64,000 nt of DNA from contig OZ260666.1 in the NCBI GenBank assembly GCA_965285935.1, positions 64,914,001 through 64,978,000 on the forward strand. The letters are read 5' to 3'. Of the stretch, positions 27,201 through 37,737 are shown in pieces. Numbering within the stretch: the first letter of the stretch is position 1; every line of letters begins with the position of its first letter. A program made the position numbers and the translations under genes. A model generated the notes under the pieces. It ran no database searches. It was given only the letters and a program-made list of their open reading frames with translations, and was not told where the DNA came from. Origin of the DNA: Ophelia neglecta (Eukaryota).

Positions 27201-30200
27201 ACCTTTAATGTGTTGTAAAATACACTTAACATGACTGCTTAAAATGCGCTTAACAGCCATTAAATAACCTAACAATTCCTTTATGTCAAACTGCTGCCAC
27301 CTACTGTGGCACCTCAAGATTAATAGTGTGAACATTACATATGATTACACTCGGTGCCTGCAAAACATCGATTCTCGGCATTCGTTTTAGCTTTTTAGCC
27401 CCAGAGAGTCGGTGCGTATGTTTGGTAAGAATAACTGTAGAAATATGTTCACAGATTTGGGAGGTCACACTTTGCTTAATTTCCGTCAATGACTGAATCG
27501 AATGGAATCAATCACCTCACAATTAGATTTGCGAAGTGCGCTTTCCTCAATACAGCTATCAAGCATTATAATATTAAACAATCCCTGTATTGCGCGTTGC
27601 TGATTATCACTAATTTTGTCAAATATACATGAAGAAACAAGTTATAAAAGGGTGAGATACTACTTGCTATATAAACACTTTTTCAGGGTATCAGACAGAA
27701 AAGTGTTTTTCATTGTTGGTTTTAAAATATTTTTGGAATAAACCATCGTTATTGTCTCATGAGTGAAAATGATTCAATAACTCAATATTAAAGGTAGCAT
27801 AAAACCTTGAATATAGCTGGGAAGTGCACATCAGCGCCGACGCAGCTGCTTGCTTCTAGTCTGGAGCTGAGTAATGCGACCAACATCAAGCCTTGGTTAT
27901 TAGGGATATCAATCTTCAGTGGAGAGTTCGGCGATTATCCAATTAATGCTTTAATAATCTTCATAAATAGTGATATTTTAAGATGAGCTACCCTGTAAAG
28001 ATATATAGCCGCCACACAATTCTAATTATTAATTATAACCAGGCTCAGTTCACCTCGAACAGGTGTTATCTCGTCGATAATCTGCGCTCGAGAATTTAAT
28101 TAGGTTTTGCCGCGCGGGGTGTGACGCTACTCATCCAAAAGCCTGCTATTGTGTCGTTTTATGAAGGCTTACCGATCATGTCCTTTTTGGGGAAATCTAA
28201 TGTATTCCCATTACAATGTATATATTAAGGAAATTGAGGTCTGTTTGACATAGAAACGTTTTACATTTAATGCATAATCAATATGTCTCAATATTATTTA
28301 TGTAAACTTATAAGTGGATTTGTTTGTTTCAGATGTTCCAATAGATTGGCAGAGAATAACAAGATAGATCTCACACAGCGAAGACCTTCTGTAGCTGGTT
28401 TCTTTATTTAAGATTTGTTTCTATTTGCGTATTTGTATTATTATTACCCTATGATGCAATTTCACATTAGGTATTTGTTAAGTTTACCTATGGGAATTAT
28501 AACGAACAAAACCGTTGTAGATATTTTAATCAAAAAGTATTTATTACACAAGTAGTGTAGTTATCAGCGAAATATATATTATGTGCATAAACTAAACTTG
28601 TTTTTCTCACTTGCTGTACCTTTCATTCGGATGCCATATTATGGTAATAAAAAGGAAACATTTATATTGATATATTTCAATAAATTTAACAAATACTTGT
28701 AAATATAGCCTAGTGCCACCTTCCATATCAATCAATTTCATAAACTACTTTAATGACGACACCTGGTGATAAAACTGAGCAATCTGACCATGTTGTTAAC
28801 GTCTTGTTAACAGGAAGTGAATGTATATAAATATTGTTAATTGTAAGTTGTAAAAATGATTACCGTTTTGTAGGCACACATGATTTTTGATGGTTTTTTT
28901 TTTTGCCCTGATCGCTGCAAACAGTTAATAGAGTATAGCATATGTTCTGTTATCTTTTTGGAATAAACCTCTTTGAACTATAAAACATACCGGAATTGTA
29001 GGTAACATCTATTTTACTGTTTCGATAAATAAACTATTGATTTTTGAGAATATATGTTAAACAATTCACGTTCTCTTAATCTCAGTTGAAATAAGGGATT
29101 AATTACGTCTATGGTATTGAGTGAACCACCTTAGACGCTATTAAACTTACTGACCAGGGCCTTCTGAAGAGTGATGTGTTACGAATAAGGGCATTCCTTT
29201 TCTCATTTATCGTCTTATAAGTGGACTGTATCATAGTGTACCTGAACCTGCTTCTGCATTCATATCGATTCTTTTTATTATTTTAAGATAATTACCCGTG
29301 CTTCTTGTAATCATCAAGTGCTTGAATTACAAATATATTTCAAAAGAGGCGGATGCAAAGGGTAAATGTTAAACAATTTTAGCACGCACCTTAATTGTAT
29401 CAAAGAGATGACAACTCTCCAATCGAACAATTCAGCAACTAACACTCAAACTTTAAATTGCTATTCCATTCACAGGTTTTATGTTTTTTTTCGAACTCTT
29501 GTTTAGATTGGCTAGCGGATTCTATCGAGCTCATATCATGCTAGTATATTAAACAGAGACCTTTTTATGTAATAAGCTTCTTTGGCAAATTTAAACATAC
29601 GAATATTTGTATAATAAATTCAAGCGTCAGTGAGACGCTGAATAAAATTATAGATTTGCCCTCTATTTAGTTAAGACTATTTATTGTTATAACATAAGAA
29701 TTGGGAAAGTGTTATTTCTATCATAACTTTAGAAAAATTGTCATTAAGAATCTCTTTTGTTGGTGATTAATCCCGGCTTGCTGTGTCTTGGCAGAGATAC
29801 GAGGCAACAATTAAGGAAAGGTTATTCCCTTGGTCGTAACTCCACTGTACCCCGCCCCTTCACCCTCTGCTAACAGACAACCATCCTAAAATATTGTAAC
29901 TGACAACCTCTATTCGAGAATCCCGCATCATTTGATTTTTAATACCACAGTCTATGCTTTCTTATACAGACACGCAATAAGTCGATGTGAAGCGATCACG
30001 TACGTGCTATAGGGGGCATCAATTATCTCACTAGTTTTTGGCAAAGAGTTCACGTTTCCTGCTTAATCACCCCATCAGCTATTCTCGTTCTGTACGAGAT
30101 TAGATTTCCCCCTTTGTCTGTTACACAAGTACTTCTTTCCTGACTCATCGCACGTTAGCCAATCAGAGCGAGGCATTCCACTCACCAAGCAACTTGTCGT

Positions 30201-31961
30201 CTGCCCGTAGTCTGTCATGGATCAGGTGACCCTCAAAATGGAGCGTCAATTATTTACACGCAGCCCACCCTTATTAAGTGGTGTTTCTCTATTAAAGCAT
30301 GAACGCTGTCACTGATTGCTAATTTCTTATGCTGTAAATCGATTCCATATGGATCGAGCGGAGAAATAATTGCCAATGACGATCGAATGTAAAAGTTATA
30401 TAGTACTGGCCTTTCAACAAAAATAATAAAGTAATATTTTACTTGGTTTTCATGCGCTGGCCTGTCTCATTTAATTGTCTAGCCCCAAGACAATGTCTTA
30501 TCTCATTTACTTGCTCTGAAGTGCTTCAAGGTCCGAGAAAACTTGGCTCTCAATCAAAACACCTGTTTCATCGGCTGTTCGGTGGAAAATCGTCGCCGAC
30601 ATTCTTGCCGTTCACAGAACTGGTTACTGGACAAATTTAGCTTTCCGAGTGATGACGAGTCGGAATGTAGCCTCTATGTGGATATGAGTATATATTTATT
30701 TTAGACAAAATTACATAAACGGGCATTCAACTTTCAGTTTGTTAATGTGTATTTTTAAAGGCCTCGAAACAACCCCATTTCACCTTTAATACGCATTCAC
30801 TCGCCGTTTGTCAGAATTGCTACGTCATTAACCTGAATTTCAAAATGTTCATAGGGCCAACGGATATGAAGTCCAACGAAATGAATTTGGTAAACCCTTA
30901 AATCTATGCTTAAAAACGCTTATTTATTTACCATATGCCCTATGACATTACGAAAAACCCGTGTAATTAACGCATCATTGTAAGAGCGTAATGGACAAAT
31001 TACTTTACAACTACTTAACTACTCTGTGCCTTCTCCCAGACAAAGTCCTGGCACATATTTCGACAAACGCGTAAATATCGTATTTTGTGTTTTGTTTTAA
31101 AGTTATAAAAGCATCGATGGAAAAGTTGGAATGTTGCTATAAGAACTTCGGAAATCGTAATTTGTGTAACTTTCATCTTATCATCCTAAGCTGATAAAAC
31201 CTTGAGAAACACTACAACTTACTACTATCTTGACCTAACCAGCTAAATAACGTTTATTGACTGGCCCAAATGTTTTAATTAAATTTTAGTAGATAGAGCA
31301 CTAATAAAAAAGATTGCACGTGTTACAAAATAAAGTTTATTTCGTGTTCAATGCAGGTACCGAGAATGTTTTAATGACATCTGTGACTCTTAAAGCCCCT
31401 TGGAATGCCTTGGTGTTATTTAAAGTCCGAAATACCTTTCAATATTTTAGTATGTAAAGCGAATAAGTGCTCCCGAAAAGAATGACAATACAATAGCTAA
31501 ATTTCTATTACAATTATTCAGCAATTGACAACTAATAGATAGTTAGATACTAACCAACCGTGTATGCTTTTCGATTTATATTTTTCCGAACTTGTACATC
31601 ACAGACCGTGGGTACATTTATCGTAAAGTAACACACCAGGAGACCTATCTCTGAATAATATACAACAGTATCACTATAATTAAATATATTTGTCCCATCT
31701 GACAGACCATACAATGTTTTTGTCAAGTAATAATTAGTATAAATATATACAATCGTTAAAATTATTCACTCATATTCACAAATGTGCTACCCAACTGAAA
31801 CTTTTAATGGATTTAACTACATATTTTATTTGTTTTTTACTTGCAGTGGAATTTTGATTAAGTTCAAATTAAAATAACAAGTGGACCGTTTTGATAGAAA
31901 ATTCTAGAACTGAAGACGAATCACATTCCCTGTCATTGCTCCCAGATGTGCTAATGTCAGC

Positions 31962-31973
31962 TTATTGGAATAA
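31962..31973 (-). CDS. CALC: Calcitonin-family precursor, probable terminal exon (LFQ-stop, followed by 3' UTR)
   Basis: A strong acceptor tttttgtctgtctttcAG at 31975-31974 gives phase 0 TTA TTC CAA TAA. Minus-strand AATAAA candidates lie downstream at 31830-31825 and 31341-31336. Confidence 0.65.
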   Translation of the reverse strand, partial: LFQ

Positions 31974-32346
31974 CTGAAAGACAGACAAAAATAGCATGGG
32001 TAGATAAGTAAATTTATCGTGTTAGAGCATATATAATATAACACCTTCAGATGCGAGCTTAAATACGGCGAATATAGCTCTGGGGTGTTATAGTATTTGA
32101 AAGTTAACTTTAATATTTTCTTCAGAATCCATGTCTGTTATATCATTTAATATTAGAGGCACAACACCTATTTGAATTTAGAAGTATGTGGCCATCGCTA
32201 TGAATCTGTAATAAACATCTGATCGTATCACTCTTCTGCAAGATACACTACTCCAGGGCGAGTAGTGTAAACTTTCTAATCATTATAACACTATAGCAGT
32301 TTTTGAACTACTACCTCAATCTCTTTGTGGCCACTACCTCACTTAC

Positions 32347-32497
32347 TTTCCCCGACACCAGTTTCTTGTAGAGTTTGGTGTCTCTCCTCTTCCTGCCGGG
32401 GGACAGGGGGGAGTTAAGATAGTGCCAGTGGTCAGCTACGTTAGCAGCGCTCTCCGTGGCGCAGTGTCCACCCAAATTGAACTGACAGGTACGTTTC
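32347..32497 (-). CDS. CALC: Calcitonin-family precursor, peptide exon C: TCQFNLGGHCATESAANVADHWHYLNSPLSP-amide (31 aa)
   Basis: Acceptor ttatttctcatAG, then KR-peptide-GRKRR-DTKLYKKLVSGK, with a phase-0 donor AAA|GTAAGT. The peptide has the typical lophotrochozoan calcitonin pattern (C-x7-C ... YLNS..SP-amide). Confidence 0.95.
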
Positions 32498-33203
32498 CTA
32501 TGAGAAATAACAAATAAGAAATAACTGTGAAGTGAACACGACCTTGAACCGTGTTGAATGTCACTACATGTGGTTCCTGTACTATATCATAGTAGTGGTG
32601 AGTCAATGCTTACAGTTAGGCAATTGTCCCCGACCTGCTAAAAATATAAGTAGTGTGGATGGCATTTCCTTTAGAGGTTACTCCGGTATTACTTTTGTAT
32701 TTGCGTCCCTTATAACGTTAAACCGCGTGTACACTTTATATATAATGATAGTTTTGGCACAATAGTGTCAAGAAATTGTTCATAATTATTGTAGGTAGCT
32801 GAGACAAAGAAATGTTTAACATGCACATTCAGCAACTTAAATAATTAAAGCCGGAGAAGTTCGTGACCCCCCCCCTAAGGAAGCTTATAAGATATCAGTA
32901 GTAGGCCTAGTGTGAAAACGCAGATCAAATAACCTTTTTTGTATGTCGAACCTATTTCATATTTAAAAAAAAAACATTTGCGGTCTATTAAGGTAAGGTA
33001 AACTAAGTATACTGCTTACCAGTACTGGGTACAATGTTAACACAATAATTTTAATTACATGCGACACCCATGACTTGATACATTTTAACCGTTTTCAATT
33101 CACATCAAGTAGTTATGATTTTGTGACGGGTTAACAGTTTTAGTAATGCCCTTGGTGAGGGTCTCCTACCTACATGTACTTACCCAAACCCACGAGTTTG
33201 GCG

Positions 33204-34704
33204 TGGGAGGGTAAAGTTGTCCCATGGGAAAGTTGTCACTAAGTACTCCTTGGGTTATTTAAAGATAATTCATGTGAATGACATTAGCAGTTTGTATGCG
33301 CACAGCACACTCATTTTATTTCTGAAGATTATGGGAACATTTCCTATTTAGAGGAGGAAGTAGGTTCAAATAATTTTTTTTCCACTCTTAATCGACAATT
33401 ATGTTTTGTAGTATTTTTCATATAATAGAATAGAATGCTTTCTGAAACTTACTAACACATAACCTTGTTTCAAAGATTAAAAACAATTCCCGACACCAAC
33501 TTTCATGAATAGGCTGGAGAACATAATTGTCTTCCAAATAGACGACGGGGGCAAGTTGTCACGCAATGTGACAGCTCATCCCAGTCTTTGACAACTTACC
33601 CCAGCATGGTAAAATCACTTAATTTGAAGGAGGTTCCTCTAATACAACCTCCAACTAGACTTTTGCGTGTGGTGCATAAACTACAAGCGTAAAAAAGCTT
33701 GCTTTGCTAATGTGAAATTCGCTATGAAATAAATCTCCAGAAAGTTGAATCTCCCTATGCTTTTACTGCACAAATCCTTTTAGTCGCGAAATTAAGCTCC
33801 TGCGAACTGTGAACATTTGAAAATGAGCAAATATTTCTTTCACTTCCAAAATAATATACCGTAAGGATGAACTTCTCAAAGCAATAAAATACTGCATCAA
33901 AGACTGCATTGAGTGCCTGCAAGTATCAGGGAAATGTGCAAAATGGAGACGGTGAAATAGTTATGGGTCATTTATCATACAAATTATCTCTGGCATATAC
34001 ATTTTTTATTTGAATGTCATATCATTTTCTAGCAAAAATAATGGCATTAACTAGAAACGTATTGTAATACATATTTTTCCTGCAATTTGGCTGTACCACC
34101 AACTTGCTTTGCTGCTAACTTGTGAATATACCAAGCTAATAAAATGTGTACAAGTTCAGATAGTGGATTTGTTTATCTACTACCTCATAAAGGCCTGAAA
34201 ACTCATGAGGCCTAATAGTATGGTTAACTGATGGACTGACAACTCCTCCGTCTTAACAGTACGTGCATAATACATGTTTCGGTCAATAGGCAGTTGGACT
34301 AGTCAAAGTGGAGTCTACTTAGCACTAGTCCAAAATATTTAACACTAATAAGAATATGTAACCTGGAATTAATTTTATTCAATGCTGTGCAAATATAATA
34401 TAAATCTAATTAATTCAGTCCTTTGAGAAAAATAAATGGAGAAAATGATACCTTAGCCTTTACATATTACCCAGATGAGTGTGACAATTTACTCCGGCTA
34501 CTGAGACAACTTACCATAGGACGGGGTAAGTTGTCACAGTACCTAATTTGGTCAATGTAGACACCAACATATGTCATTTGATGTTCGTAACAAGTTACAT
34601 TTTAGTGTAATCTTATGCTGTGTGACTTGTCCCTCTGCTGCTTTTGGTTGACCCATGACGCTTAAAAATGTACTTTCTTTGACAACTTACCCCGTCCTCC
34701 CCTA
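33204..34704. mobile_element. Probable non-autonomous DNA transposon (Tc1/mariner-pogo-like TIR element) in the calcitonin P2-C intron
   Basis: The right end TGACAACTTACCCCGTCCTCCCC+TA is an imperfect inverted copy of the left end GGGAGGGTAAAGTTGTCCCATGGGAAAGTTGTCAC. The motif GGGGTAAGTTGTCAC recurs internally in both orientations (~33545, 33590, 34480-34540). No transposase ORF is present. Confidence 0.55.
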
Positions 34705-34935
34705 GCAGCACTTTTAGTCCGCCGGTCTAGCAATTCTAGGGATCTTGACTTAAAGAGCTACAGTTCAATTCGTCCGCCGGCCCTAAGACACTGATATATT
34801 TTGTCCCCGTGGTCTTAGTACTCCGGCACTTTGATTCCTGGGGACTTAACAGCCGGGGACCAAATAATGTTGTTCAACTTCACTAAGCCGACCATGTTAC
34901 CCCTGCCGAATCAGTTTAGAATTATTTTTACGTAC

Positions 34936-35025
34936 TGTTCGTAGACTAGGTCATTCTCCATTTCGTCCAGGATTCTTTGGAGCATCTGCAGTCCTTGCCT
35001 CTTTCGGCTGAGGTCAGAGAGAGAG
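34936..35025 (-). CDS. CALC: Calcitonin-family precursor, propeptide exon P2 (90 bp, phase 2-2)
   Basis: Acceptor gactgctttcAG and donor CA|GTACGT. It encodes (R)SLSDLSRKRQGLQMLQRILDEMENDLVYE(Q), with the same length, phase and hydrophobic periodicity as P1. Confidence 0.9.
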
Positions 35026-35728
35026 CTGAAAGCAGTCAACATAAATGTCAGCTTCTATAGCGGGGCTGCTCAAAAGACTTTTTAAGGTTTTGCGCCATAT
35101 AAGAGCATGCTATGTATATACAATTATTGGTGAACGTGCAGCGTGTGTGGATTGGTACCATGGCTTTTCAGTACAATCCATGTCCGAACTGGCAACAATG
35201 GTGTATAGAAAATAGTGTGTACAACGAGGTCGGTGTGTGTGTTAAAATAAAAATCCAGTGATGATACCATGAAAAAAGGACAACAATTGAATGAATCAGG
35301 TCAGATGCATGTAGATGTTGGATTTAGGAAGTCATCACGTGAACAACAGGATGGTGACTGAACAAGGCCGAAGGTGGTAGGACCAGGGCGGAAAAGACAG
35401 ACACATAAATGGATACCACTCAGAAGATGACAGCGAGCGAGTTTAGACGTTTGTGATAAAAGGGGTGTCGATATGAATTCGGGTTGGTGTAAAAGCAAGA
35501 AAATGTCTCGATTGGGTTTTCGTTTGAGTGGAGTTGATTCCACACAAAACACATCTTTGAGAATCACTGTGAAAGGTTAGTAGAAAGCGGGTATTTTATC
35601 GCACATCACGGAAAAAGTAAAATCCGGGAACAATTGTGAGCACAATCGTCAGAGTAAGAAGGACGAGGAAACGCAACAAAATCACGTGATCGGGCACATC
35701 ATGGCGGCCAGGATGGCAGCCGACTTAC

Positions 35729-35881
35729 CGCTGGATGGTCACTGATTCTAGAGCTCGCTTTCCCGGCGAGAAGTGATCAGATCCCACCCACGACTGGGCT
35801 TTGGCCTGCTCAGTGAGGCCCTTAAGGAAGCAGGCGTACCCGGCACTGCCACCGCTTAGGGCGCAAGGATCGAAGCGCTTC
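35729..35881 (-). CDS. CALC: Calcitonin-family precursor, peptide exon B: FDPCALSGGSAGYACFLKGLTEQAKAQSWVGSDHFSP-amide (37 aa)
   Basis: Acceptor tttttgcccttgaAG, then KR-peptide-GKR-ALESVTIQ. The peptide has a C-x10-C ring and an SP-G-KR end. The phase-2 donor is CG|GTAAGT. Confidence 0.88.
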
Positions 35882-36605
35882 CTTCAAGGGCAAAAATTAC
35901 ATGCAGGCAAGAACATGGAATTAAGTTTCATGCAACCTGTGTGTGCATATATGTGCAAAATTTTTAAAAATGCAGAAAAATCCTCTGGTATCGTTAAAAT
36001 ATGTTATGTCTGAATTTACACAAAAATTTACTTCTTTCAAAAAGTAATGAAAAAATATGTGAAATCTTGCAGTGATATTATGTTATAGTAGATTTCATTA
36101 AGATAAGCCAAAGAGTCGGACAGAAGAGGAAGCAAGGAGTGAATTGGAGAAAAGACAAATTAGTGCAAGACAAGCCCATGCTAGTGCTGATCATAGAGAA
36201 CGAGAAATAGGAATATTAAGTTGACAAGAGAGAAAAAATTATGATATAGTTGGAAGCTAATTAATTTTTTCTTCGGTAAGACTATTATCGCTGATTGGAT
36301 GTACAATTGGTGTGGGTTCTCCAATTATCCTGAAAGATGGGATAAGCAAGGTAGAAAAAGCAATAATCTTCTTTATAGTTCGTATTATTTCATTGATTCA
36401 GTGATTTATGTCGATCTTCATGGGATTTTGCAGAATGAGCCATGAATGAACTGACGCGACCTAACAGTTTCATTATGGCGTCATTGCTGCAGTACACAGT
36501 TGAGGGAGACTGGACATGAATACAATTATGATCTGAAAAATAACATAGGCATGCTCAAACGTGCCGCAGAAAATGACCAGCCATTTTCTGTCTTACAGTC
36601 TCTAC

Positions 36606-36788
36606 CTCTCCAGGTCCTTGGTCGTGTCGCCAGATGGCGCTTCTGGGGTTATCGAGGGCGCCCCCTGGAAGGAGCGTTTTCCTGGGCTCCCTCCACTTCT
36701 GAGGAAGCCGAGCATGTTTATTTTATCATTCAACAAAGACGCTGAGCAGTGTTTACTCATTCCGCCGCCTATAACACATGTCCGTTTT
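36606..36788 (-). CDS. CALC: Calcitonin-family precursor, peptide exon A: TCVIGGGMSKHCSASLLNDKINMLGFLRSGGSP-amide (33 aa)
   Basis: Acceptor cttattcctAG, then KR-peptide-GKR-SFQGAPSITPEAPSGDTTKDLE. The peptide has an N-terminal Cys pair (C-x9-C) and a C-terminal SP-G-KR amidation signal. The phase-2 donor is AG|GTAGAG; if it is not used, the stop is at 36604-36602. Confidence 0.9.
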
Positions 36789-37647
36789 CTAGGAATAAGT
36801 GATGTCAGGTGAGAGACAGAGTCCAAGAAAGAGGCAAAGACTTACAAGATTAAATAAGAAAAGAGAGATGGCAATAAAAATAGAAACAGCTTAAGCTTTT
36901 AGGAATTATTTTAAGTTATACGGCGTGGTACAAATAATCGCGGATACCTGAAGAAAAATGTAGATGGTTAATTCTTTACAAAAATGTAAGAAAATCCAAT
37001 TAGCTAAGAGTCCAGGCTCCATACTATGTCCACTTTTTTATTTGAGCAGTCCGATTAATTTCATTTAAAACAAATAAAAGGAAGTCGAAATATGTCTATA
37101 ATGTTTCACTTAAGCACCAAGTAAACCTGATTAAGTCAAATTTGCTTTAACGCATGAAAATATTGGAAACATTACAAACTGGCAAAACAAAACGAACCAT
37201 CGTTACACCTTAAAACGTTTTCTGTCATTTTTTCTCGAAAAGCTTTTGGCCTTATACGAAAAGCTATCAGGTGGTCGAGGAATTGGCTGCAGATTTACCC
37301 CAAAGTTAAGTGAGCAAACCTCTTGTCTGATTTCCCGTGAGAGCTTCTAGATCCTACAGGCATTTTTGTCTACAATACATGACCTTTTAATTACAGCTGA
37401 GGAAGTTGCAATGGTCGTTTGGAGCCTACGCACGCCACTCTGTGCAAACTCCAGATGTAAACTTATGGCTGAACTCCATGTGCATTCTCTGGGGGACACT
37501 TTATGATAGATGTTTTTATGACATGTTCCAACTTTAAGATGCTTTTATAGTACGGAATTAAGGATCACTTCGAAGCAGAAGTTTGGCCATAGAATATCAT
37601 ATTACCAGAGAATTACGCAGGATTTTGATACTAAAACTAACACTTAC

Positions 37648-37737
37648 TGTTGTCCGCTTAAGTCCTCATCTATGTCTGTCACCACCCTTTTTAACGCCGT
37701 GATTCCGTGTCTTGTCTCCTTAAGTTGGCCTAATAAT
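37648..37737 (-). CDS. CALC: Calcitonin-family precursor, propeptide exon P1 (90 bp, phase 2-2)
   Basis: Acceptor ttttttctttatcAG and donor CA|GTAAGT. It encodes (K)LLGQLKETRHGITALKRVVTDIDEDLSGQ(Q), a helical acidic pro-region leading into the QKR cleavage site. Confidence 0.9.

Noticed and set aside
35698-35745. ATGGCGGCC (YY1-like/start-like) on the + strand
   Set aside because: The ORF closes after 14 codons and overlaps the donor end of minus-strand exon B.
35725-36606. In-frame stop codons immediately inside the donors of exons A and B
   Set aside because: This is an automatic consequence of phase-2 GTAA/GTAG donors, so it is not evidence of regulated truncation.
36627-36672. Pair of oppositely oriented CTCF-like motifs and an apparent + strand exon (36614-36808)
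   Set aside because: They lie inside the minus-strand calcitonin exon A, and the GC-rich codons (QGAP, APSGD) explain them.
37345-37490. Minus-strand frame reading ...VIKR-SCIVDKNACRI*, superficially a fourth KR-Cys-Cys peptide
   Set aside because: It stops right after the second Cys, has no Pro-Gly-basic end, and has no acceptor directly before KR. Chance is likely, although a decayed exon copy cannot be excluded.
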